From Pelagibacteraceae bacterium (GTDB lineage: Bacteria; Pseudomonadota; Alphaproteobacteria; Pelagibacterales; Pelagibacteraceae): a stretch of DNA of 44,529 bases. Positions 19,021 through 29,324 of this stretch are shown one piece after another. Location: assembly GCA_038110645.1 (NCBI GenBank), contig JAYNJZ010000001.1:1-44529 (forward strand). The letters are read 5' to 3'. A program made the translations under genes and the position numbers. The notes under the pieces are model-generated. The model was not told the origin of the DNA. It ran no database searches and saw nothing but the letters and a program-made list of their open reading frames with translations. Position 1 is the first letter of the stretch. Every line of letters begins with the position of its first letter.

Positions 19021-19029
19021 ACTATAACA
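19021..19029 (-). promoter_or_regulatory. Extended -10 element upstream of greA (probable leaderless transcript)
   Basis: Minus strand reads TGtTATAGT, then 5 nt (TAATC), then the greA ATG; no SD. Confidence 0.45.
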
Positions 19030-19060
19030 CTTTGCTGTCTTTCAAAAAAGAGATAAGTTA

Positions 19061-19522
19061 TTAATATAAATTAATTTGTCTCAACGCTTCAGATGCAGCT
19101 ATAGCAACAGAGGATGCAAGATTTAAAGATCTGGTATCTTTTTTTATAGGGATATTTACTTTGTTTTGAACAATATTATGAACAGTTTGGCTTACCCCCT
19201 TACTTTCGCTACCAAATAAAAGTGTATCACCCTTTTCGTACTTAAATTTGTAAAATTGATTTGTTGTTTTTGTTGTAAATAAAATGATTCTATTATTTTT
19301 TTTAATTTCAGTGAATTGATCAAAGTTATTGTAATATTTAATCTGGCAATTTTTAAAATAATCCATATAGATTCGGTCAAGTTTTTTTTCATCAAATATA
19401 TATCCAGTAGGCTTAATAATTTCTAAACAGATATCAAAACATGAGCATGTTCTTATGATAGCAGCTGTATTTTGGGGAATATCTGGCTGATATAAAGCTA
19501 TATTGATCAATTTTTTATCCAA
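19061..19522 (-). CDS. trmL: tRNA (cytidine/uridine-34-2'-O)-methyltransferase, SPOUT family
   Basis: LYQPDIPQNT..I.RTC, MDY, LLFGSESKG, IPI...RSLNLA; TTG start. Confidence 0.93.
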   Translation of the reverse strand: MDKKLINIALYQPDIPQNTAAIIRTCSCFDICLEIIKPTGYIFDEKKLDRIYMDYFKNCQIKYYNNFDQFTEIKKNNRIILFTTKTTNQFYKFKYEKGDTLLFGSESKGVSQTVHNIVQNKVNIPIKKDTRSLNLASSVAIAASEALRQINLY

Positions 19523-19596
19523 TCTGCGTCATTGTTGTATTAGAAAAATACTTTAAATTAATAATATATTCATTCCATCAAAAAAATTAAAAAATT

Positions 19597-20127
19597 ATGA
19601 GTGAAGATAATAACAATAAAGAAAAACCAACAAGAAGAGAATTTATTCACATAGCTACAACTACAGTAGGTGCTGTAGGTGCAGGATGTATTGCTTTGCC
19701 ATTAGTGACACAAATGAACCCTGATGCTTCGGTTAAGGCACTAGCAAAAGTAGAAGTTGATATTAGCAAAATTGAAAAAGGGAATGAGGTTACTGTGATG
19801 TGGCGAGGTAAACCAATTTTTATAAGAAGAAGAACTGATGAAGAAGTTAATAAAGCAAGACAGGTTAGCTTAAAAGAACTTAAAGATCCTCAAAAAGACG
19901 AAGATAGAGTTAAAAAGGGTAAAGATGAATGGTTGGTAATGATAGGTGTTTGTACTCACTTAGGCTGTGTACCCTTAAAACAGCAAGGGGAATACGGCGG
20001 ATGGTTTTGTCCTTGTCATGGATCTCATTATGATATCTCAGGACGAATTCGAAAAGGTCCTGCACCAGTAAACATGGAAGTACCCAATTATGAATTTGTA
20101 TCAGAGAATAAATTAGTTATAGGATAA
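19597..20127 (+). CDS. petA: Ubiquinol-cytochrome c reductase Rieske Fe-S subunit
   Basis: Tat motif [35 protein letters not shown]. Confidence 0.99.
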   Translation: MSEDNNNKEKPTRREFIHIATTTVGAVGAGCIALPLVTQMNPDASVKALAKVEVDISKIEKGNEVTVMWRGKPIFIRRRTDEEVNKARQVSLKELKDPQKDEDRVKKGKDEWLVMIGVCTHLGCVPLKQQGEYGGWFCPCHGSHYDISGRIRKGPAPVNMEVPNYEFVSENKLVIG

Positions 20128-20135
20128 AAAAAATT

Positions 20136-21398
20136 ATGAGCGATATTAATTATAAACCAACATCTGCATTTGGAAAATGGTTTGACGAGAGATTACCTTT
20201 ATTAACTCTATTTAATGGTCATTTGATGCAATACCCAACACCTAAGAACTTAAATTATTGGTGGACGTTTGGTGGAATATTAACTTTTTGTTTAGTTACA
20301 CAAATTATCACAGGTATCGTATTAGCCATGCACTACACAGCGCACGCTGATTTAGCTTTTTCTAGTGTAGAGCATATTATGAGAGACGTGAATTATGGAT
20401 GGTTGATTAGATATATTCATGCAAATGGTGCATCAATGTTTTTCTTAGCAGTTTATATACATATTTTTAGAGCTTTGTTTTATGGTTCTTATAAATCTCC
20501 AAGGGAAGTAATTTGGATCTTAGGAATTTTTATTTATATTCTTATGATGGCTGCAGCATTCATGGGATATGTATTGCCATGGGGTCAAATGAGTTTTTGG
20601 GGAGCTACAGTTATTACCAATTTATTTAGTGCTATACCTGTAATAGGTGAGGGAATTACTCAATGGATGTGGGGTGGATTTGCAGTAGATAATCCAACTT
20701 TAAATAGATTTTTTAGTTTACATTATTTAATTCCATTTTTAATTTTAGGTTTAGTAATTTTACATATCTGGGCTTTACATGTACCTGGTAATAATAATCC
20801 TGTTGGGATTGACCTAAAAAAGGACGGGTCAGATACTGTTCCATTCCACCCGTATATTGTAATTAAAGATTTATTTGCTTTAGTTATCTTTATGATAATT
20901 TTCGCTGGATTTGTTTTTTATGCACCAAACGTATTGGGTCATTCGGATAATTACATTCCAGCTGACCCATTAGTTACACCGGCACACATTGTTCCGGAGT
21001 GGTATCTTCTACCTTTTTACGCAATTTTAAGATCAGTTCCTGACAAACTTGGTGGAGTCGTATTAATGTTTGGGGCAATTTTTATTTTAGCTGCTTTACC
21101 ATGGCTAGATACTTCCAAGGTGAGATCTGCCGTCTTTAGACCAATTTATAAACAGTTTTTCTGGTTATTGGTAATTGACGTCTTAGTTTTAGGTTATATG
21201 GGAGCAATGCCTGCTGAAGGAACATATTTATTGATTAGTAGAGTAGCTACCGTTTATTATTTCTTACATTTTTTAATTATTATGCCTTTACTTGGTTTTA
21301 TGGAAAAAACTAAACCAGTACCCCTGAGTATTGCAGATCCAATATTATCTGGTTCAGGTAATTTAGCTGCTGCTAAAAAGGATAATAACAATATTTAG
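20136..21398 (+). CDS. petB: Cytochrome b
   Basis: [46 protein letters not shown]. Confidence 0.99.
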   Translation: MSDINYKPTSAFGKWFDERLPLLTLFNGHLMQYPTPKNLNYWWTFGGILTFCLVTQIITGIVLAMHYTAHADLAFSSVEHIMRDVNYGWLIRYIHANGASMFFLAVYIHIFRALFYGSYKSPREVIWILGIFIYILMMAAAFMGYVLPWGQMSFWGATVITNLFSAIPVIGEGITQWMWGGFAVDNPTLNRFFSLHYLIPFLILGLVILHIWALHVPGNNNPVGIDLKKDGSDTVPFHPYIVIKDLFALVIFMIIFAGFVFYAPNVLGHSDNYIPADPLVTPAHIVPEWYLLPFYAILRSVPDKLGGVVLMFGAIFILAALPWLDTSKVRSAVFRPIYKQFFWLLVIDVLVLGYMGAMPAEGTYLLISRVATVYYFLHFLIIMPLLGFMEKTKPVPLSIADPILSGSGNLAAAKKDNNNI

Positions 21399-22172
21399 AT
21401 GAAAAAAATATTTTATTTATCATCAATATTAGTTTTATTATGCACTAATTTATTAGCTGCTGGAGATGCGGCCAAACCTATTAAAGTTGACTGGTCATTT
21501 AATGGTTTTTTTGGAAAATTTGATAGAGCGCAATTACAAAGAGGATACCAGGTATACAAAGAAGTATGCGCATCATGTCATTCAATGAAATACTTGAGCT
21601 TTAGAAATTTAGGCGAAATAGGTGGTCCTGAATTTTCAGAAGCAGAAGTAAAAGCAATTGCAGCAGGTTTTACAGTTAAAGATGGTCCAAATGAAGAAGG
21701 AGAGATGTTTGATAGGCCTGGATTACCTAAAGATAAGTTTGTTAGTCCATACCCAAACGAGAAGGCTGCAAGAGCAGTTAATGGTGGAGCATATCCTCCT
21801 GACATGTCAGTATTAGTAAAAGCTAGATCTGGTGGAGCAGATTACATTTATTCAATATTAATGGGTTATGAAAACCCACCATTAGATATGAAAATTGAAG
21901 ATGGTGTATATTATAATAAGTATATGGCAGGTAATAAAATTAGAATGGCAGCCCCATTAAATGATGGCAGTGTTGAGTACTCTGATGGAACGAAGTCGTC
22001 AGTTTCACAAATGTCTAAAGATGTAACCGCTTTCCTTACGTGGGCAGCAGAGCCACATCTGGAAAAAAGAAAAAGAATTGGTTTTAAAACTATACTTTAT
22101 CTATTGATTTTTAGTATTTTAGTATTTTTATCTATGAAAAAGATTTGGTCACGTATTGAAACGAAAGTGTAA
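21399..22172 (+). CDS. petC: Cytochrome c1
   Basis: Signal peptide, QRGYQVYKEVCASCHSM heme motif, PPDMS, Met ligand in IRMAAP, C-terminal TM anchor. Confidence 0.98.
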   Translation: MKKIFYLSSILVLLCTNLLAAGDAAKPIKVDWSFNGFFGKFDRAQLQRGYQVYKEVCASCHSMKYLSFRNLGEIGGPEFSEAEVKAIAAGFTVKDGPNEEGEMFDRPGLPKDKFVSPYPNEKAARAVNGGAYPPDMSVLVKARSGGADYIYSILMGYENPPLDMKIEDGVYYNKYMAGNKIRMAAPLNDGSVEYSDGTKSSVSQMSKDVTAFLTWAAEPHLEKRKRIGFKTILYLLIFSILVFLSMKKIWSRIETKV

Positions 22173-23225
22173 AATATCTCCATCTTTTACCTGATACTCT
22201 TTTCCTTCAATTCTTAGTTTTCCATTATCTCTACATCCAATTTCGCCATTAAATTTTATATATTCTTCATAAGCAATAACCTCAGCCTTAATAAATCCTT
22301 TTTTAAAGTCAGTATGTATTACAGCTGCAGCATCAGGGGCTTTACTATTTTTTTTAACTGTCCAAGCTCTAGTTTCTTGAGGACCGGCAGTGAAATACGT
22401 ACACAAATCCAAAGATTTATAACTTGATTTTATCAATCTATCTAAACCAGTTTCTTTTAAACCAATTTCTTGCATGAATTCTTTTGCATCAGATTCATTT
22501 AAATCATTAATTTGTTGTTCTATCTCAGCAGATATTAATACAATTTCCTTATCTTTATTCAGTTCTATGACTTTTTGAGTATATTTATTACCGTTAGCAA
22601 CACTTGCTTCATCGGTATTACATACAATTATTTTAGGTTTTAGTGTCAAAAGGTTAGATATATTAATAATCTTTTGATCATATTTTTCTCTAAGATGATT
22701 AATTGATTTTCCTTCTTTTAAAAGTTCCATTGCATCTAATAACAAATTGTCTAATTCTTCATTTTCAGATTTACCTTTCTTTTTTTTATCTAATCTTTTT
22801 TCCAAGGACTCTAAATCTGCCAACATTAATTCAGTTTCAATTATTTCTAGGTCTCTATTTGGATCAACAGTTTTATTCACATTTTGTATATCGTCCGAGT
22901 CAAAACATCTCAATAGATGCACAATTGCATCTACTTCTCTAATATGTGATAAAAATTTGTTTCCTAACCCTTCACCTTTTGATGCACCTTCAACCAATCC
23001 AGCTATATCAACAAAAGTAATCAATGTATTAATTACTTTTTCAGATTTTGCTATTTTAGAAATATTTTCTAATCTTGCATCTGGAACTGCAACGACACCA
23101 ACATTTGGCTCTATTGTACAAAAAGGAAAATTGGCTGCCTCTGCATTTTTTGATTTAGTCAGCGCATTGAAAGTTGTTGATTTTCCCACATTTGGCAAAC
23201 CAACTATTCCGCATTTAAAACTCAT
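22149..23225 (-). CDS. ychF: Redox-regulated ATPase YchF
   Basis: GIVGLPNVGKST, ANFPFCTIEPN, DIAGLVEGASKGEGLGNKFL, TGS domain IHTDF..GFI.AE, C-terminal FRFN. Confidence 0.98.
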   Translation of the reverse strand: MSFKCGIVGLPNVGKSTTFNALTKSKNAEAANFPFCTIEPNVGVVAVPDARLENISKIAKSEKVINTLITFVDIAGLVEGASKGEGLGNKFLSHIREVDAIVHLLRCFDSDDIQNVNKTVDPNRDLEIIETELMLADLESLEKRLDKKKKGKSENEELDNLLLDAMELLKEGKSINHLREKYDQKIINISNLLTLKPKIIVCNTDEASVANGNKYTQKVIELNKDKEIVLISAEIEQQINDLNESDAKEFMQEIGLKETGLDRLIKSSYKSLDLCTYFTAGPQETRAWTVKKNSKAPDAAAVIHTDFKKGFIKAEVIAYEEYIKFNGEIGCRDNGKLRIEGKEYQVKDGDILHFRFNT

Positions 23226-23776
23226 ATATCATTATTTACCTTACTTGAAAATTCATCAAATTTTTTTAATAAAATTAAATTTAAGTTATTTTTTATAGCT
23301 AAAAAAGATTTTTGAATTTTTTTTAGTTCTTCTTTGGAAAAATCTTTTAAAACGTAACTTTCAACTAAATTTTTGTCACCAGGATGGCCAATGCCTATTC
23401 TTATTCTATTAAAATTATTTTCAATATTTTCTGATATAGACTCTATACCATTATGTCCACCGCTAGAGCCTCCATTTTTTACTTTAATTTTTCCAATTTC
23501 AAGATCTAGATCGTCATGAATTACAAAGATATTATTATTATTTAGTTTATAAAATTTTTTAACTTGAAACAAAGATTCACCAGATAAATTCATATAAGTC
23601 GTAGGTTTTAACAGAATTATTTTTTGGTTATTTATCTCTGTTTCAGTATAAAGACCTTTAAATTTTTTTTTATAAGCTGTTTCGTTTTTTAAAAAATCTA
23701 GAAATAAAAAACCAATGTTATGCCGGTTTTTAAGATATTTTTGATCTGGATTACCAAGACCAGCCAACAAGAACAT
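23222..23776 (-). CDS. pth: Peptidyl-tRNA hydrolase
   Basis: GLGNP..Y..NRHNIGF, KPTTYMNLSG, IHDDLD, GGHNG, RIRIGIGHP. Confidence 0.98.
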   Translation of the reverse strand: MFLLAGLGNPDQKYLKNRHNIGFLFLDFLKNETAYKKKFKGLYTETEINNQKIILLKPTTYMNLSGESLFQVKKFYKLNNNNIFVIHDDLDLEIGKIKVKNGGSSGGHNGIESISENIENNFNRIRIGIGHPGDKNLVESYVLKDFSKEELKKIQKSFLAIKNNLNLILLKKFDEFSSKVNNDI

Positions 23777-24480
23777 TATTTCTTGTCAGTATTCTCTTTT
23801 TTTTCTTCAGCTGGCTTTTCACCTTCACCTGCTTTAGCTTCATCAGGTTTAGCTTCTTCACCACCTTCTGCAGTTGCTTCTGCTTCCGCTGCAGGCTCAG
23901 GCTCTTTTACTACAGTTGGAGCAGCAACTGTTGCGATTGTGAAATCTCTATCTTTGATTGTTGGCACAACACCGTCAGGCAGACTTATTGCAGAAATATG
24001 AATACTCTCCCCAATTTCTCTACTTGCAAGATCTACGATTAACTCAGATGGTATTTTGTCTGCAGGACAACTTAACTCAACTTTACGTCTAACAATATTT
24101 AACACTCCACCCATTTTTAAACCTGGACAGGTTTCTTCATTTAAAAATTTAACAGGTATCCAAACAACAACTTTTGTATTTGCAGACAATTTTTGGAAGT
24201 CAACGTGGATTGGTTGACTTGAAATGTTGTCAAACTCTATATCTCTCGGAAGGACCTGGTACTCTTTGCCATCTAATTTAATTTTGATAACTTTGCTTTT
24301 GAAATTTGTAGATTTTAAAAAAAGGTCTAAAGTACTTTTTTTTATACTTAAACTAATATTTTTTTCAATATCACCATATAATATACCAGGAACAAATCCA
24401 TCAGATCTTAGCTTATTAAGTTCTGATTTTGTTTTTGTTGTTCTAACTGTTGCTTCTAAAGTGTTATTTTCTGTAACCAT
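23776..24480 (-). CDS. rplY: 50S ribosomal protein L25 / general stress protein Ctc
   Basis: LR..G.VPGILYG, PIHVDF, PGLKMGGVLN, IGESIHIS, acidic low-complexity tail. Confidence 0.96.
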   Translation of the reverse strand: MVTENNTLEATVRTTKTKSELNKLRSDGFVPGILYGDIEKNISLSIKKSTLDLFLKSTNFKSKVIKIKLDGKEYQVLPRDIEFDNISSQPIHVDFQKLSANTKVVVWIPVKFLNEETCPGLKMGGVLNIVRRKVELSCPADKIPSELIVDLASREIGESIHISAISLPDGVVPTIKDRDFTIATVAAPTVVKEPEPAAEAEATAEGGEEAKPDEAKAGEGEKPAEEKKENTDKK

Positions 24481-24542
24481 GATGGGCAGGTTTTTACAAT
24501 ATAGGATAAAAAAGACAAGTCTCAGATTTGTAAAAAAAGAGC

Positions 24543-25475
24543 TTATTTAAAGAGTTTTGATACTGATTTTGATATAGAAATACGTTTAATTGCTTCTGCT
24601 AATAAAGTGCCAACATTAATAATTTGAAATTTTGCCGATCTTCCAATTTTTTTATCATTAAAGATGGAATTAGATATTACAAACCTTTTGATTTTAGATT
24701 TATTAATTTTTTTTACTGCTTCACCAGTCAATACACCATGAACAACATAAGCATAAACATCTTTTGCGCCTTTGCTTTTTAATGCACTAGCAGCATTTAC
24801 AATAGTGCCGCCACTGTCAACTAAATCATCAATAATGATACAGGTTTTATTTTTAACATTTCCTATAACGTTCATTACTTCAGATTTTCCAGGACCAGAT
24901 CTTCTTTTGTCAATAATTGCAAGATCAGCTAATAATCTTTTTCCAATTGCTCTTGCTCTTTCTACACCGCCAACATCTGGAGCAACACAAACAATATTTT
25001 TTGTCTTTATATTTTTTTTTATATGACTAACAAGTGTTGGAGCTGCAAATAAATTATCAACCGGTATATCAAAAAAACCTTGTATTTGATTTGCATGTAA
25101 ATCCATCGTAAGAACTCTGCTTACACCAGAACCTGCTAATAAATTTGCAAATAATTTTGCACTTATAGGAGATCTCGGAGTTACTTTACGGTCTTGTCTA
25201 GCGTATGCATAGTAGGGCAGGACAGCAGTTATACTTTTTGCTGAGGCTCTTCTCAAAGCATCTACACAAATTAAAAGTTCCATAATGCTATCATTGACAG
25301 GTGTTGATGTACTTTGAATAACAAACACATCTTGTCCTCTCATATTTTCATTAATTTCAACGTAAACCTCGCCATCTGCGAATCTAGTTATTTTTGTATC
25401 AACTAATTTTTTTCCTAATTTTCTAGCGATTTCTTTAGAAAGGCTAGTATTATTAGTGCAAGATATTAATTTCAT
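24543..25475 (-). CDS. prs: Ribose-phosphate pyrophosphokinase
   Basis: FADGE, PYYAYARQDR, MDLHANQIQGFFD, PDVGGV.RA, IIDDLVDSGGT. Confidence 0.99.
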   Translation of the reverse strand: MKLISCTNNTSLSKEIARKLGKKLVDTKITRFADGEVYVEINENMRGQDVFVIQSTSTPVNDSIMELLICVDALRRASAKSITAVLPYYAYARQDRKVTPRSPISAKLFANLLAGSGVSRVLTMDLHANQIQGFFDIPVDNLFAAPTLVSHIKKNIKTKNIVCVAPDVGGVERARAIGKRLLADLAIIDKRRSGPGKSEVMNVIGNVKNKTCIIIDDLVDSGGTIVNAASALKSKGAKDVYAYVVHGVLTGEAVKKINKSKIKRFVISNSIFNDKKIGRSAKFQIINVGTLLAEAIKRISISKSVSKLFK

Positions 25476-26245
25476 AAAATTTGATTCTTTTTTACTATGA
25501 TAGAAATATTTCTTCCATAATCATCTTCTTTTTTATGCACAGATCTTCTAAAGCTATAAAATAATTTCGGGTTAGAATAAGTATCCTTGTTGCTTATATC
25601 TATATTGTTTTTACTTAAATTTTCTTCAATTAATTTTTGATGAGCATATTTTTTTATGTTAAAATAAATTTTTCCATTTTTTAATTTAAAAAATTTTTGA
25701 TATTTATTATTTTTATTTATTATTTTATTCACAAAATTTTTTTTAACTTCATAACTTTTTTCACCAATACTGGGTCCTATCGCACACAATATATCTTTTT
25801 TTTTTATTTTATTTTTTACAAACAATTTTACTGCATTTTTAATTATATTTTTATGAAGCCCTTTCCAACCGCCATGAATTGCACAAATAAATTTTCCACA
25901 TCTAGAGGAAAAAAGTAAAGGAACACAATCAGCTGTAAGGATACCAATGATATTATTATTTAAAGATGTAAAAATTCCGTCAGCATTACCAATTCTAATT
26001 TTATTATTTTTTTTTCTTAAATAAATAATTTTTTTACTATGAATTTGATTTAATAAATTTAAATTTTTAGTATTAAACTTTTTTTTTATAATTTTTAAGT
26101 TTTCAATAACGGTTTTTTTTTTATCTTTAGATCCCAGTCCACAATTTAAAGATTTATATATTCCTTTAGATAAACCTCCTTTTCTAGTGAAAAAACCATG
26201 AGAAATATTCAAGATTTTAGATAGTTTTTTTGATTTAATTTGCAT
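25472..26245 (-). CDS. pgeF: PgeF/YfiH (LACC1/FAMIN-like) purine nucleoside phosphorylase
   Basis: HGFFTR.GG.S..Y.SLN, NQIHS, ADG, LTADCVP, IHGGWKG, IGPSI..YEV, FYSFRR. Confidence 0.93.
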   Translation of the reverse strand: MQIKSKKLSKILNISHGFFTRKGGLSKGIYKSLNCGLGSKDKKKTVIENLKIIKKKFNTKNLNLLNQIHSKKIIYLRKKNNKIRIGNADGIFTSLNNNIIGILTADCVPLLFSSRCGKFICAIHGGWKGLHKNIIKNAVKLFVKNKIKKKDILCAIGPSIGEKSYEVKKNFVNKIINKNNKYQKFFKLKNGKIYFNIKKYAHQKLIEENLSKNNIDISNKDTYSNPKLFYSFRRSVHKKEDDYGRNISIIVKKNQIL

Positions 26246-27266
26246 TAGTTATAATGAATGATTGAAATAACCCGCCCATTTTATTTGGATCTATCAATCT
26301 TTTTACTGCCAAATCTAATTTAATTTTTTCTTTTTCTGATTTCAAAACTTTTTTTGCTTGAGCTAATCTTGTCAGTATACCATTATCTATTAAAAACCTT
26401 GATTGAGACATAATTATGTTTTTAAATTTATTTTTTTTATTAAAAAATTTTTGTATTAGGTTAAAATTTACTAAATAGGTTATATCGACATTGCCTGGAT
26501 CTTCAAAAACGCTTACTTTTTTATGTTTTTTTAATCCTTGCAATGTATTTTTGAATTCATCTCTGAGGTAACCATAATCAAAAGTCAAAAAGCAATTATT
26601 TTCATTTTTTTTGATTAATTTTGAAACCTTTTCTACAAATTTTAATACTTGAGGAGAGTATTCAATAAATTTTGCGTTGTTATTTAAAAAATTAAAGATT
26701 TTTAATTTTTTATTTTTCAATTTTAGATATTTCGTTTTAATTTTATTTAATTTTTTATCATAAAATACATATTTTTCGTGCCAGATATTTTTTATTTTTT
26801 TTAAATGTTTAACAGGGTAAGCGTCTATCAATTCATTTGATATGATAAATAAATTTTTTTCTTTGACATCTTTTAACGATTTAACCCAATTTACTTTAAA
26901 GTTTTTAGTATTAACTTTTTGTTTTTCTATTAGATTTTTACTTTTTTCTATTATTGTATATGAAAAATTTATTTCTTTAAATTTTTTAATAGTTTTAATA
27001 ATATCTTGAGCCATAATCCCTTCCCCGGCTCCAATTTCTAATATTGAAAAATTAAATATTTTTTTTTTTAAAAAATGATTAATAATATAAATTGCTACTA
27101 TTTCTCCAAAAATACTTGAAATATAAGGAGATGTTATAAAATTTCCTCTTGGACCGAATATATGTTTCTTTTCATAAAAGCTTTCATTATATTTATAAAG
27201 ACAAAGATTAATATAGCTGTCTAATGTTAATCTATTTTTTTTTATTTTATTTAAAATTTTTGACAT
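26235..27266 (-). CDS. SAM-dependent methyltransferase, MidA/NDUFAF7 family
   Basis: FG.RGNFITSP.IS..FGE, EIGAGEG, SNELIDA.P, FDYG, PG.VDIT..VNF, RL....MG.LF; lgt-midA-pgeF order. Confidence 0.9.
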   Translation of the reverse strand: MSKILNKIKKNRLTLDSYINLCLYKYNESFYEKKHIFGPRGNFITSPYISSIFGEIVAIYIINHFLKKKIFNFSILEIGAGEGIMAQDIIKTIKKFKEINFSYTIIEKSKNLIEKQKVNTKNFKVNWVKSLKDVKEKNLFIISNELIDAYPVKHLKKIKNIWHEKYVFYDKKLNKIKTKYLKLKNKKLKIFNFLNNNAKFIEYSPQVLKFVEKVSKLIKKNENNCFLTFDYGYLRDEFKNTLQGLKKHKKVSVFEDPGNVDITYLVNFNLIQKFFNKKNKFKNIIMSQSRFLIDNGILTRLAQAKKVLKSEKEKIKLDLAVKRLIDPNKMGGLFQSFIITNAN

Positions 27267-28023
27267 TAAACAAAAGCATTAATCCTGCTAATAACATTAA
27301 GATACTCAGAGTTGAACCCATGCTAAATGATCCAAAGATATAACCCAAGTGTGCATCTGGCAATCTAAACTGTTCAACGAAAATTCTAAAAATACTATAT
27401 AAAATTAGAAAATATGCAGAAATATTTCCTCTAATATCTTTTAATTTCAAAATAAAATTAAGAATTAAAAATAAAATCAATCCTTCAAGAATAGCTTCAT
27501 AAATTTGTGATGGGTGCCTTGGAATTTCATCAATTTTAATAAAAATTACAGACCAAGGCAGGTTTGTTGGAGATCCTACCAACTCTGAATTAATAAAATT
27601 TGCGACTCTACCTAGTAATAGACCAATAGGTGATATTAATGCTAATAAATCTGTAAAAACTAAAAATTTTAAATTTTTAATTTTTACAAAATAAATTGTT
27701 ACTAAAATTATTCCAATTAAACCTCCGTGAAATGACATTCCGCCTTTCCAAATATAAAAAATTTGTAATGGATTTTGTAAATAAAAAATCAAATCATAGA
27801 ATAAAATGTATCCAATTCTACCTCCTAAAATTATTCCCAAAATTGCAAACGGTAAATAGTCATCTAATGTTTTTGTTTCGAAATCAAAGTATGATTTTCT
27901 TTTAATCAAAAACTTTCCATATTGAATTGCAAATATTAAACCAAAAATATAGGCTAACGAGTACCATCTGATTTCAACTCCAAATAAAATAAATGCTACT
28001 GGATCAAAATTATTAACAAACAT
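27247..28023 (-). CDS. lgt: Prolipoprotein diacylglyceryl transferase
   Basis: IRWYSLAY, GGRIGY, GGMSFHGG, GRVANFINSE, RHPSQIYEA, R..VE.FR.PD. Confidence 0.98.
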   Translation of the reverse strand: MFVNNFDPVAFILFGVEIRWYSLAYIFGLIFAIQYGKFLIKRKSYFDFETKTLDDYLPFAILGIILGGRIGYILFYDLIFYLQNPLQIFYIWKGGMSFHGGLIGIILVTIYFVKIKNLKFLVFTDLLALISPIGLLLGRVANFINSELVGSPTNLPWSVIFIKIDEIPRHPSQIYEAILEGLILFLILNFILKLKDIRGNISAYFLILYSIFRIFVEQFRLPDAHLGYIFGSFSMGSTLSILMLLAGLMLLFNVKNFK

Positions 28024-29324
28024 TATGATGGGAATATTAAATTTACTCTCAAACCTGACCCCTTGGGGTTATTTAGCAACTTTATTTGACCGCCATGTGA
28101 ATTCACAATATCTTGAACTATAGATAATCCAAGTCCAACACTACCAGAACTAGAGGTTCTACTTTTATCTAATCTATAAAAAGGTCTCAAGACCCTCTCT
28201 TTTTCTTTATCCGGTATTCCGGGTCCATCATCATCAATTGTGATTACAATTTTATCTTTATTGTCTTCCACTTTTATATCAACAGAATTTCCATACTTAA
28301 GGCCATTTTCAATTACATTTAAAATACATCTTTTGACCAAATGTTGCCTTCCCATTAAAAAATAATTTTTTTTACACTCTAGTTTTATATTTGATCCACT
28401 AAATTTATGAAAAATTTCATTTAACATAATTGATAAATTAAATTTAACGGAAGATAATTCTGATTGTGATGTTGAATAATCTAGATAATCAGTAATCATT
28501 TTTTGCATTTCATTTACATCATCTTTAATTTTATCTAATTTTCCATCTTTATTTAAAATTTCTATTTGGAGCTTAAGTCTAGTTAATGGTGTTTTTAAAT
28601 CGTGACTAATACCTGAGAGCATAGAGGTTCTTTGACTAATATGTCTTAGTATTCTTTGTTTCATTTTTTCGAACTCATTGATTGCTTTACGGATTTCTAT
28701 TGCACCAGATGGTTTTGTTTCAGCAACATACTGACCTTTACCAAATTTTTCTGCGGCAGATGCTAAATTTGTAATTGGCCTTATTTGGTTTCTAAGAAAA
28801 ATCAGTGAAACAGATATTAATAAAAAAGCAGGAACAAATATCCATAACAAAAATATTCTTCCAGATGCATTTCTAATTCTAGATTTTGGAACTATTAGGT
28901 CTAAAATATTATTATCAAACTCAACCCAAATTTTAACATAATCTTTATGAACTTTTGTATCAAACCAAAATTTATAATTTAAATTTTTTTGAAATTCTTC
29001 GTTTAATAAACGATCATAGAAAGCAAATTTTGAATATTTTTCTTTTTTATCAATTTTGCCATTAATAATTTTAATAAGATACGGTTTATTATTTTGAAAA
29101 GATTTTAATATTTGATTTTTTTTTTCAATATCTTTTTCAAATTTATATAGATTGATAAAAGTAACTATTTCGTCTGATAGAGAATTTACCAATCCTTTAT
29201 TGGTTTTTAACCAAAGACTATCAAAGAAAACAACTGAGAGTAATATTTGTAAAAGAAATACAGGGGTAATAATAATTAAAACATATCTAAAAAATAAAGT
29301 TTTAGGTAAAAGATTTTTTATCAT
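28023..29324 (-). CDS. Sensor histidine kinase, EnvZ/RisS-like
   Basis: Two TM helices, HAMP (RPITNLA.AA..FG), H-box SHDLKTPLTRL, N-box ENGLKYG, DDGPGI, GLGLSIV. Confidence 0.95.
   Translation of the reverse strand: MIKNLLPKTLFFRYVLIIITPVFLLQILLSVVFFDSLWLKTNKGLVNSLSDEIVTFINLYKFEKDIEKKNQILKSFQNNKPYLIKIINGKIDKKEKYSKFAFYDRLLNEEFQKNLNYKFWFDTKVHKDYVKIWVEFDNNILDLIVPKSRIRNASGRIFLLWIFVPAFLLISVSLIFLRNQIRPITNLASAAEKFGKGQYVAETKPSGAIEIRKAINEFEKMKQRILRHISQRTSMLSGISHDLKTPLTRLKLQIEILNKDGKLDKIKDDVNEMQKMITDYLDYSTSQSELSSVKFNLSIMLNEIFHKFSGSNIKLECKKNYFLMGRQHLVKRCILNVIENGLKYGNSVDIKVEDNKDKIVITIDDDGPGIPDKEKERVLRPFYRLDKSRTSSSGSVGLGLSIVQDIVNSHGGQIKLLNNPKGSGLRVNLIFPS

Noticed and set aside
23776-23900. Higher-GC, repetitive Ala/Glu/Lys stretch
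   Set aside because: It is the usual low-complexity tail of L25/Ctc proteins.
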